The position numbers were made by a program, and so were the translations under genes. A DNA stretch of 58,016 nt, filler included, from Sphacelaria rigidula (Eukaryota): assembly GCA_964200075.2 (NCBI GenBank). It is 6 parts of 6 records of this genome, joined end to end, with 100 filler letters (N's around TTAATTAATTAA, not from the genome) between each part and the next. Parts side by side here need not be neighbours in the genome. Positions count along the whole stretch, not along the records: positions 1 to 9,587 come from CAXNAA020008147.1; 5 more parts are not named here. One strand, written 5' to 3'. Each line of letters opens with the position of its first letter. Positions within the stretch are counted from its first letter, which is position 1. This document shows positions 1 through 9,687 of this stretch, in pieces. The notes under the pieces are model-generated. The model saw nothing but the letters and a program-made list of their open reading frames with translations. It made no database searches and was not told the origin of the DNA.

Positions 1-1095
1 ACTGTTTTAGGCTTGAACCTCATCTCGGAGTTAAACCTCAATTCGCACAATTTGTTGTTTTTTGACGGGGTCCCTCCAGGGTCTGGGAAGATCTTGGGAG
101 GGTTGAGGCCAGGAAGACACGCCGTTCTCGACATAACACGGGTCGATCAAACCCAAATTTTGCACAGTGGCGGCCAAGCATATGATAAAGCACATGGCAT
201 CACCGTCCGGCCACTAACATCAAAGTTACCCTGAAGTACTGCGTTCGCGGTAGGGTTATGCGGGTTCGGGCTGCAGTCGAAAAAATGGGGACTGCCGCAC
301 AAAAACATCGACTCCGACACTCACCAAATGAATCAAGAAGATTCCACTTGCCCAGATGCTTCCACACGTAGTAGCAACGGCTCTCTCCACTCCATGCGGT
401 CTGCAGTCGGGTGGTGCTACGGCGATGGCTGGTGGAGTGCGGACTGGCTGCGAATGCGATGCTGCTCATACCTCGCACTTTTTGTCATGTTCTATTCTCC
501 CGATCCCGTGATGACTGCGTCATAGCCACTTTCTTGATTTTTCTTCTCATATAAATTTTTATGGGACATTCGGAACATAACCAAGTACACACGCTATGCT
601 CTTTTGTCATAACCTCTGAGGACACCAAAATTAAAGCCACTCCCCGCGTAAAAGGCACTTTTGATATATAAACAACGTGCCCCGTAGACCATGAAGATAC
701 AGGGAAACTTCAGAGTACAAATCGCGGAACCCCCTGAAAAATGAAAAACTCGCCGCACGCGTACGTCAGCGTGCCGCATTTGCTGTGACGAAAAGCAACG
801 GTATGAGACTAACGCACAGCAGTCATGTTTCTGTAGACTGATCAGAAGTCGACAAGAGTTCTGCAACAGCCACATAGATTCACGAAGGTAAAAAAACAAC
901 AACAAAATATCTTCGTTACAGCCTTCATTGTATATCTAGCGACATACCGTGGTTTTCCCGGGAAATTGTGTGCCATTCCTCTTGTCCCACTGATGCCCCC
1001 CTCCAAGACACTTGCTTTGACCCAGAGCACGCCTCCATTAACCCCGGGGATGGTAAGTTATGGTCCCATGAATCGTAGTGATACCTTCCCGGGAT

Positions 1096-1129
1096 GAGGA
1101 CACCTTTAAACAAGAAAATAAGTGTCCCC
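1096..1129 (-). terminator. Short hairpin immediately after the phytochrome stop codon; possible 3'-end signal
   Basis: On the minus strand TAA is followed directly by GGGGACAC-ttattttcttgtttaaag-GTGTCCTC, an 8-bp stem with one G:U pair and an AT-rich loop. Confidence 0.25.
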
Positions 1130-2917
1130 TTATGGCGGGGTCGACTGCATCCTCTTTATGCGCGTTTTCACCATACGGGTGCAACAATTAAGCAACTCTC
1201 CCTTCGCGAAAGGTTTCGAGAGGATGAAATCGGCTCCAGCATCCAACAGGTTATCCCTCGAGGAGTCCGTGAGGTCCGCGGTGAACCCCGTTATCGGAAC
1301 TTTCGGTAAACCATTCTCCGACTCGTAATTTCTGATGTTTCTTATGCACTCCACACCAGATGCGACGGGCATGTGATGATCCATAAGCATACCATCGATG
1401 GTATCGTTCGATTCGCTCATGGACTTCACCAGTTCGTACCCAAGGAGGCCGTTCTGTGCCGTCCTGATCACCGTGGAGTCTCCCATACATGTCCTTATCT
1501 GTTTCGTGACGAGTTTCAGGTTTATCTTGTTGTCGTCCACTATCATGAAGGTGGTCACATCGGGTACCGATTCCACTCCATCCTCCTGCGAGTTTCCCGA
1601 GCTGATTTTTGTCGACGATTCCACCAGACGGTCGGCACTTTTCATCGGTATAATAACCATGATATATGTCCCCTCCTTGACCGTGGAAGCCAGTGCCATT
1701 TGCCCCTTCATGGCCTTTACGTTCAGGAGGCATATGTGAAGACCCAGACCAGTTCCTTGATAGTTCTTCTTCACCCCGATCGAGACCTGTGTGTAAGGGT
1801 TGAAGAGAATCGTCAGATCCTTCCTCGAGATTCCGCACCCGGTGTCTTGAACAGATAGACACACCCATATACATCCACTTGTTTCCCTGTCCGAGATTCC
1901 CTCTTCTACCACGTGGGCGGCTTCGTAGGGACCAAAACATTCCTCTCGGTGTTTCAGCGCCGAACCTAGACCCTCGAAGGACCTGGATATCACCCTGACG
2001 GATCCTCCCCTCTCCGTGAATTTTATCGCATTCTGACATAGGTTGTCCATGATGTGTTTTATCTTGAGAGAATCTCCGTAGACCAACGGGGTCTCCCCCA
2101 GTCCATCGTCTTCTATGATTAACACGCCATTCTTCGAGCCGAACGACCGCATGCTCTCTATCGTGGAATCCAGGACCCGGCTAATCTTGATGACAGACAT
2201 ATCAACCGCGTTCTTGTGGTTTCCCTTGGCGATGTTGAGTATGCTGTCTAGCGTGCGCATCATCGTGTTTCCGCAGTCGAGAGCCGTCTTCGTGAAGCTC
2301 CTTCTCTCTTCAGGGTCCATGTTGATGTTGTCGTTCAGGATGTTGAGCGCGCTAATCACTCCGTGGAAAGGGGTTCTGAGTTCATGTGACATGTGAGCGA
2401 AGAGCTCGTAGTCCTCTCGGGCCCTCCTCATTATGCTGTTGTGCTCGGAGTTGTGACCCTCCCTAACCTGCATGAAGTCATCCAATATGTCGATCAAATC
2501 TCTGTCGAAGCTCGTCCAAGATCTAGGCCTCTCCTTCCCCTCTTGGATGTACTTTTCGAACGATTTCCTCGGACAGGGCAGACCGTCCTCCTCCACGGAG
2601 GGATGTAACTCGTCCGGGTTTCCTCCCCAGGAGACGTCGTTACAGTCCGGCGCACGCGTCAGAATTACCGCATTTTGTCCTATTTTAACACAGGCGTAGG
2701 ACCGCAACGGGTTCTCGACGACACCCAGGTGTACTCCAGGGACAGACCCTCCCTCGTCATCTTTTATCGCCCAATCCATATTACCCGCACTGTAGCACGT
2801 CCCCGCCTCCTCGTCCTTGACAGCTAACGATTCCGCGTCGAAGATGGACAGTATGTCCTGCAGGTTGTCCCTGAAAACATTGCTGAGGGGGTCCCTCTTA
2901 TTGTCGGTGCTCATCAA
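1130..2917 (-). CDS. Phytochrome C-terminal half: PHY domain, histidine kinase and receiver domain (first ATG at 2914)
   Basis: PHY tongue WGGNP...PRKSF...W. H-box SHELRTPFHG, N-box NLCQNAIKFT, G1 DTGCGI, F-box FNPYTQ, G2 GTGLGL. Receiver motifs VDDN, MDHHMP, TAD, KPF. Confidence 0.93.
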   Translation of the reverse strand: MMSTDNKRDPLSNVFRDNLQDILSIFDAESLAVKDEEAGTCYSAGNMDWAIKDDEGGSVPGVHLGVVENPLRSYACVKIGQNAVILTRAPDCNDVSWGGNPDELHPSVEEDGLPCPRKSFEKYIQEGKERPRSWTSFDRDLIDILDDFMQVREGHNSEHNSIMRRAREDYELFAHMSHELRTPFHGVISALNILNDNINMDPEERRSFTKTALDCGNTMMRTLDSILNIAKGNHKNAVDMSVIKISRVLDSTIESMRSFGSKNGVLIIEDDGLGETPLVYGDSLKIKHIMDNLCQNAIKFTERGGSVRVISRSFEGLGSALKHREECFGPYEAAHVVEEGISDRETSGCIWVCLSVQDTGCGISRKDLTILFNPYTQVSIGVKKNYQGTGLGLHICLLNVKAMKGQMALASTVKEGTYIMVIIPMKSADRLVESSTKISSGNSQEDGVESVPDVTTFMIVDDNKINLKLVTKQIRTCMGDSTVIRTAQNGLLGYELVKSMSESNDTIDGMLMDHHMPVASGVECIRNIRNYESENGLPKVPITGFTADLTDSSRDNLLDAGADFILSKPFAKGELLNCCTRMVKTRIKRMQSTPP

Positions 2918-2923
2918 CTCCTT

Positions 2924-3928
2924 TCACTTTTGCCCGCGTAGATGTCGGGTGTTTCGGTTGTGACGCATGATCTGCGACGCCGCCACCGATGCTAGTAGCT
3001 CGATCATGATGCGTCGTTCCGGGGAGGGCCACGTGGGCTTGCCGTATGAGTGGTAGGCCACGAGACCCCATAGGTTTCCGTCGACTACTATCGCATTGGA
3101 CATCGACGACACCACGCCCATCCCTTTAAGGTACAGATTGTGCGGACTGACGCACCCCCTCAGGAAACACTTTGTAAGGTCCACTCCTTGATCCCCGACG
3201 AGGATACACGGGTCTAGTTCGACGTTAGATATTAATCGGAAGTGGTTCGACAGGTAAGCCTCCCTGACATTCGCGGATATGTCCCTAGCTGGGAATCTCA
3301 GCCCTTTGTACCTGGACCGGATACTGGTCCGTACTTTCTCATGTATGACTTCTCCCGAGTTGTCTTCCAAGAACCTGTACACCATACCTCGGTCGTAGTC
3401 GGATTCCTCCAGGATGGAGTCGCAGAGTGTGGAAACTACCGTCTCGATGCTCTGACATGACGTGATCTTCTCCGCGATCTCTCCCGTTTTCAGTATGCTG
3501 GCATTGGTTTTGGACTGCATGTTTGCATCGACGGGTTCGAATTCTATCAACAACGTCCCGGACGGTGACGACGAAACGGTCATATGCACGTCGGTAACCA
3601 TGCCATCGCCGGAGTGAAGGAGACCTGCCATCCTCTGATATCTATATACGTAACCTTTGGTGCGGTTTGTGTTGGTGTCACTCGCCATCACCACGGAACG
3701 CATTGTGGATTCCATCGTTTCGACGACAGTGGGTTCGAAGAGGACGTGTAACGATTTCCCCAGAACCTCTCGGGTGGGCAATTGCTTGACCCAGGACCAT
3801 TTGTGCAGGTTGTTCGAAACAGAGACGATGCTGAAGTCGGACATTTTCACGGCCAGAACAAGACCGATGTCCTGTATGTACCCGATGCGTACCACGTCCT
3901 GTTCCTCGCATCTTTTAAGAGAAGCCAT
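2924..3928 (-). CDS. Phytochrome photosensory N-terminal half (PAS-GAF), 334 aa
   Basis: LKRCEEQDVVRIGYIQDIG resembles the BphP N-terminal motif LxxCxxEPIHIPGSIQPHG. GAF motifs: DRGMVYRF, SGEVIHE, GLRFPARDIS (FPASDIP), LRGCVSPHNLYLKGMGVVSSMS, LWGLVAYH. Confidence 0.92.
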   Translation of the reverse strand: MASLKRCEEQDVVRIGYIQDIGLVLAVKMSDFSIVSVSNNLHKWSWVKQLPTREVLGKSLHVLFEPTVVETMESTMRSVVMASDTNTNRTKGYVYRYQRMAGLLHSGDGMVTDVHMTVSSSPSGTLLIEFEPVDANMQSKTNASILKTGEIAEKITSCQSIETVVSTLCDSILEESDYDRGMVYRFLEDNSGEVIHEKVRTSIRSRYKGLRFPARDISANVREAYLSNHFRLISNVELDPCILVGDQGVDLTKCFLRGCVSPHNLYLKGMGVVSSMSNAIVVDGNLWGLVAYHSYGKPTWPSPERRIMIELLASVAASQIMRHNRNTRHLRGQK

Positions 3929-4611
3929 GATGCAAATACCGGATATATATATATGTATCTATTGGTACTCTCGTCCGCTGTTGAAGAGCTGAGAATCGCA
4001 GGATGCTGACAGGCGGGCGTCGGGCTGGAGACGAGAGTAGGCTCGCGACGCGTTAGGTGTCGACGCGTAGAAATGGCCAAGCACCGTCTTCGAGGGCGCG
4101 AGAAGTGCTTCCTTACCCTTGCGTACCCCAGTCAGCAGCAGGTAGTTTTTCGAGATGTCCCGCTCAGCTGGTGAGCAATAGGCAGAATTCCTGTGCTTGG
4201 ATACCTTGCGCCGCTGATGAAGCTACGCGCTTAGAAAGTCATGGGCTGAAATCCAGCTATCGCCCTTTCCTTCTTCCCCTTTCCGAAGAGTGCTGCGACT
4301 TGCTGCGCAAATGGGCACAGGGAAACGAATGTCGTCGATCAAAATCGAGATTGGTGGCTGTGTGAGCACATTCAGATCTGAGACACTCACCAAGCCCAAT
4401 TCCGTACTGCTCCGTCTAAGTGTAAGAATCTGTGACAGCTATTAAGGGTGAAAATCCGCAACTCGCTAGCAGTGCTGCATAGAGCGGCGGGATTCGCGTT
4501 TCGGAAAACTGTTCAACGAGTTTCACGATGTATGTGTTGGAGCAGGGGACATTTAAGTCGTGTACTGGGCATTTTTCAACCACGCATCAGTAGCAGATCC
4601 ATGACCGCTCC

Positions 4612-4800
4612 ATGAAAATGAACCCTGTATTTCTGGAGAGGGTTCTGCTGCTGATGGACCACGCGTGCGGGTATAAATTTGCCACTACGGGCATACGTGT
4701 GCTAAGTACGACACAGACGGAAGTGCACAAGTGCTGCTGGTGGCATGTGTCCAAGGCAAAATATTCCTTTGCTCGAAAATTAAGGCGTGACAATCGATCA
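4612..4800 (+). mobile_element. Possible degraded MULE-type transposase fragment
   Basis: LLLMDHACGYKFA...HKCCWWHVSKA resembles the second catalytic D followed by the CxxH motif of Mutator-like transposases. The fragment is short and isolated. Confidence 0.3.
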
Positions 4801-6844
4801 CATCAATCAACCGAGAAAAAACACTCGCTGTTGTACGTCGTAGCGCAAATCGGTGGCTGGTACAATCCCGATAAGTTGTGTGGGAGAGACTAGGCCCTAT
4901 TGAACAGACAAGCTCGTCACATTGCCGACGTATATTCGACGCTAGTATCTACACTTTCCCCGTCCCATGAGCTTGCGCAGTTGCGGTCATAGTGCACGAA
5001 CAATCTCGGGACCGTCGATGAATGGTTTTCGGAAATTCTGCATGTCTTTCGGGGCCGTCGATGAATGTTCTTTGGGAATTCTGTATGTCCTCGCGTTGTT
5101 AATATTTCGGAAGAGATGCATTTTTCTCGCTCCGGTTCATACTGCTTCTCCTCTTACTTTAGTCGTTGTCCGGGAAGGTCCAGGCCCATCTTCAGGACTT
5201 CCCACACCCCGATTGGAAGGTGCTGACAACAATCAAAGACACCGCTACCTGCTTGCACATATTGAAGATTGTGCTCTTTGGCACCGAGCAATAATGTCTC
5301 TGTATTTTTCTCCTCCATTGTATACTCTACGCCAAACGTTTCTGGACACAATAGATCCGAACGTACGGTGAGCGTCCACGCAAACGTGACTGCACATGCT
5401 TCGCGGAAAAGCAAGAATACTAAAACTACAACGAGTATAGAGTTGCAGGCTTGAGACGTCGGCCTCCCACATCAAACACGGTGAGTGTGGGGGGTAGCGG
5501 AGACGATGAAAAGGTCGCGATGTGTAGGATTCAAGATACTGCCATAGAAAAATAATAACGATAGTGTTCACCCAGGGGGGCGTCAAGTCCGGATCTGTGA
5601 CACCACCGTTCCCCACCAATTCGTTTTTGGTCATGGTTTGTTTTGAAAAAAGGCTGTTTCGTGTAACGTGTCGTCAATGTGAGCCACGTTGGTCGCGGAG
5701 TTCATCTAGAGGCAAACGTTAAGCATTTACAATCGGTGTATACGTGTGTCGATAACAGTACCACCGGGGGGTAATGGGGGCGAGGAAGCTCCTCGACCGT
5801 GTCTTTTTTGTGTCTTCCTCCCGCTATTCCTAATTGGTCGAGAAATCGGCATCAGGTTACCACCACACACACACCTCTTGCCAGCCCTTCCCTCGGCACA
5901 AAACCGCAGGCGGTCAGTTGTACAGTTCAATATACAATAATATATAGATATGCGGCTTGGCTTGCCGCATCTTGGCTGATGTGCTCGTGCCTTTTTTGTC
6001 GCGCTGACCAGTGCAACGATCGATTTCTTCCTGCCTCTCGTTTTGGACGGGACGTGCCTCTGTGCGCTATAGAACACGCCATCGGAAAACAGGGCGGTGT
6101 TCCCGTCACCGCTACCGTTCTCACGTACACACGTACGAGCAATGACAGTTGCGCGAAGATTCAATGGCGTGTGAGGGGTGCTATTGGAAGTATCGTGTAA
6201 GAGTTGCCGCAAGGACAGTGGTACAGGTTACGATTCCTAGGGCCGGAGCTCATAATAATAGGGTGGCGCGTGCACTACGCAAAGAGGACAGGGGGCTTAC
6301 GTGGGTCGGATCTCCACACTACCTTGCGCAAATCTTGCGGACGCTCAAGGTGCCTACCCCATATGTCTGCCGGGAGGCAGTCTAGCCGAGCCTCCGGGTA
6401 ATCGGCACATGAATCCGCTCGCGGGGTAATTGTTGGCTCAGATTTCTCCCTTCCTTCAAGGGAATAAATTGTGATGTGGTTATGGCAATGTCGCATGGAA
6501 CCCACGACCACAGAGACATTCTCGGCATGCTTAGTGAAATAAGATCCACGTAGCCGCGGCTCAGCTACTGGCGTGGCCCACATGGAGGCTGGCATATACT
6601 GTAAGCTGCCAGCTGCGTGACGCGTTTTTTTACGCATTCAATGCGCTTTATTGGCAGGGGTGGTGCCTTCCATTTTTCGATCGTCCTTTACTCTGCCGAG
6701 GCTACCACAAGCTTTTGCCTGACGCGGATATGATTCCACCACGAGCAAAGGGCGTTTCCGTGACATATGGATTACTTGCCGTTGCATTTGTGGCTCATGT
6801 CGTCGAGTGCTGACCAAACAAGTCTTGTCTGAGATACCGTAAGC

Positions 6845-8270
6845 TGGAGCTGAACCAGGGGATTCTTGTCATTGCTTTTGTAGTTGGCGATTGCAAGCAA
6901 GTTTTTGCGTGGCATCACTGATCCCAGTGGACGTTTGATTCCAAAAAAACGGGAGATACCTGGCATCCGCTCCATATTCCAAAGTAAAAACATCTCTGCG
7001 CTCAATATTGAACGACTTAGGGACTAACCGGTCTTCGGGAGTCCTGCGACTCCCCAGGCCCAGGTTCTGATACTTAAAACACTTTGCTCGATTAAAGCAA
7101 TCCCGATCGTTCTCGCGAAAAAATGGAAATACGTTTGTTTCAATTCTCCCTCCTCATTGCGCTAGAGCAAAAACACTGTGTTTTATTACCTTCGAAAAAA
7201 CTGTGTTTTTTTACCTTTGACGGTCGATAACACCCCCTGATGAACGAGTTCCTTACTCTCTTTCTGGCAGGGAGCCACACTAAACCCTCGTCCTGACTTT
7301 CGCAAGAACGGAAGCTCCCGCTGGGTTAATATACCACTTCTCCGAAATGGTGCTGCAGACGAGCGTTCATATCCGCCCAATGGACTACTGCTACGTACTC
7401 GTCGAGACTCCCGCGTCCAAATATTATACCGACTCCGTACCACCCTGATAACAGCAGCTTGAGGATTGTGCCGTGAGCACCACCTGTTTCTTTTCCCGAT
7501 TTTGTTCGACGCTAGGACTTTCGAGTGCTTAAGATGAACACTATACGGGAATATTCAGGAAAGTATCCAAATACGAAAATTGCCCAACCGAGCTCTGAAT
7601 AGCACAGGGGAGGTGAACCAACCCCAATCGATCTCGAGAATATTTTCGTCCGCCTCGTGTTGTTTTTACTCCATTCATCGCGCTAGAACGGAAAGGAATA
7701 TTTTTGAGGACCAACAACAGTCAGTGACACTCCCTGTCAATTTCTTAGTAGGGCATCTTCCTGAATGTTATCGTGTAGTATATCCTTAGCACTCGACGTC
7801 CTAGCGTCGAACGATACCGGGAGAGAAGTTGGTAGTGCTCACGACACAATCCTCAAGTTCGTGTCATCGGGGTGAGACGGAGTAAAAATCTCATTCCATC
7901 AGGAGATGTTATCGACCGTCACTGGTCCAAAAAACTTCGGCTCCAGCCCGATGAGAAGGGAAAATTTGAGAAAACTCAATTTCCATTTGTTCACGAGGAT
8001 GATCGGGTTTTCTCCAATCGAGCAAAAATACTCAGAAGTCAGGAGCCGGGGCAAGGGTGGTCGCAGGATCCCGAGGACCGGTCAGCTCGGAAGTCGTTCA
8101 GCATTGGAGAAGGAGATGAGGTTTGTTTCAGAATATGGAGCAGATGCGTAGTATCTCCCGATTACTAAAGTTTGGATCAAACATTCACTGGGATGAGCGA
8201 TGGCACGCGAAAACACTCTTGAAAATCGTCGACTACAAAATGATTACAAAAATCCCCACTCAGCTCGAAA
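6845..8270. mobile_element. About 1.4-kb foldback element with long diverged inverted arms (approx. 6845-7570 and 7750-8270)
   Basis: cttgaggattgtgccgtgagcac (~7458) pairs with gtgctcacgacacaatcctcaag (~7835). gttcgacgctaggac pairs with gtcctagcgtcgaac. atcccagtggacgtttgat pairs with atcaaacattcactgggat. A related arm occurs at ~48460-49235. Confidence 0.8.
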
Positions 8271-9029
8271 CTACTGTAGCTTGGGTTGGGTTTCAAGGAG
8301 CGCAGCAGCAGGTAGCCGAGAGAGATTCCCCCATTGCCTTTTCGTTTTTTTTCATAGCAGGCTTCATACAAGCAAGGAAAAATACGTCGGGTGTGTGTCA
8401 CGCGTAAGGAGAAGGCGCGGCTCTATTTACACAAGCCTACTACCGGACAAGTATCGTGACATACGTGCGTGATGCTCAGGTAACCGTGTTGTCGCGACAG
8501 GTTCCTTGGTTGGTGGTTAGACCCTGCGCCGCCAGAGACGTCATGCTCCCAGCAGCAGCTCAGTTTTTCACTTACAGCGCATGCTGTTGTTCCCTTCTCT
8601 ACGGCCCATACATTTCATTGTCGCTGACGGTACGCCGCTGATGATGTGCGGTGACATGCCAAAGTGTTCGTGTGTGTAGAAGGAGGATGTATAGAAATTC
8701 AACTAAAGCTGTTTTGATACCCTCAAAACGGGTGCCAAAAGCTTAGAGAACGCGCTTTGCCCAGCTTCCCAGATGCATGAAGGAAAACTACGCTACAGTT
8801 TCTTTCGAGCCCCTACGCGTGAGACCGGGAAAAGACAAGATCATTATTTCAAATCCTCCATTTTTACCCCCTGTGACACGCATCCAGCGAAGAAATTTTG
8901 ATCCCGCAACAAGGCAAGTGCGCTTTGGTTCTCCTAAATACATTCCCCTATATAACTAGTACGCTTCGGGCCGAATAATCCTACAAGAATGTATTTCACC
9001 CTTAATGCCACTCGCCGAACATATCACGG

Positions 9030-9150
9030 CATTCGGCGCTTGGTGATTACGAGCCTGGTTACGCAATTACCAGGGGAACTCCATCCCGGTTTTGAATGGA
9101 TGCGAGGTCAATGGTCTATGACTACGGCGTTCAAGATGATCATGAGTTCA
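9030..9150 (-). repeat. Dispersed repeat; related copies in the opposite orientation at ~29530-29645 and ~42578-42700
   Basis: Shared core gtactca..cttgcatgccgtagtcatgNgaccattgaYctcgca...caaagccgg. Confidence 0.7.
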
Positions 9151-9153
9151 CCG

Positions 9154-9515
9154 GCCGGTCGCCCTGGTGGCTCTGTTGATCACCTCAAATCCTTCTGACG
9201 GTTGGGTGGTGGGTTTGAATCGCGGTGAAGTCACCTTATCTAGGATTTTTTCTCACACCATGCCCAATAGTGGAGAACGACTGTGTCGTGGGTACTCAGC
9301 ATTCGACGTCACGGTCGACAAGGGAAAGTGGCTGCTAAACCCCTCTAGCGATAAGAAAACAAAGGCAAGCACCGCAGAATGAAGGCGGAGTACTAAAACA
9401 AGATGACAAACCATCCTGTGTTGCCCTTCCTCATGTGTGACCACGGCTGATGCACCCATGTTTAACGAAAGGTGTAGACTGGCGTCCAGGATAGATGGAA
9501 TGACAACATGCACAA
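9154..9515 (+). mobile_element. tRNA-derived SINE (family A), near full length
   Basis: Head ccggtcgccctggtggctctgttg (A-box-like) and ggtttgaatc (B-box-like). Body and acaac-type tail are shared with many other copies in the window. Confidence 0.8.
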
Positions 9516-9587
9516 TATAACCGCCCCCCCCCCCCCCCCCCACCCCCCCACCCCCCACCCCCCCACCCACCCCCCCCACCCAGCACC

Positions 9588-9687
9588 NNNNNNNNNNNNN
9601 NNNNNNNNNNNNNNNNNNNNNNNNNNNNNNNTTAATTAATTAANNNNNNNNNNNNNNNNNNNNNNNNNNNNNNNNNNNNNNNNNNNN
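9588..9687. other. Artificial contig-joining spacer
   Basis: N44-TTAATTAATTAA-N44, which places stops in all six frames. Confidence 0.98.

Larger units (their letters stand above)
1130..3928 (-). pseudogene. Full phytochrome hybrid histidine kinase reading frame (PAS-GAF-PHY-HisKA-HATPase-REC, 932 codons before the final stop) interrupted by one in-frame TGA at 2924-2926; either a pseudogene or a split/recoded gene
   Basis: The two ORFs share a frame: ...CAA AAG TGA AAG GAG TTG ATG AGC... There are no other stops or frameshifts in 2.8 kb and no introns are needed. Confidence 0.75.

Noticed and set aside
1251-2039. 262-aa alternative-frame ORF and antisense ORFs over the kinase
   Set aside because: Shadow frames of a real coding sequence, with no recognisable motifs.
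2912-2923. AAGGAG Shine-Dalgarno-like sequence before TTG/ATG, suggesting a bacterial operon
   Set aside because: It simply encodes K-E in the continuous phytochrome frame, the spacing to ATG is only 3 nt, and the contig carries eukaryotic SINEs.
9632-9643. TTAATTAATTAA palindrome recurring every 9686 nt
   Set aside because: It is an assembly spacer, not biology.
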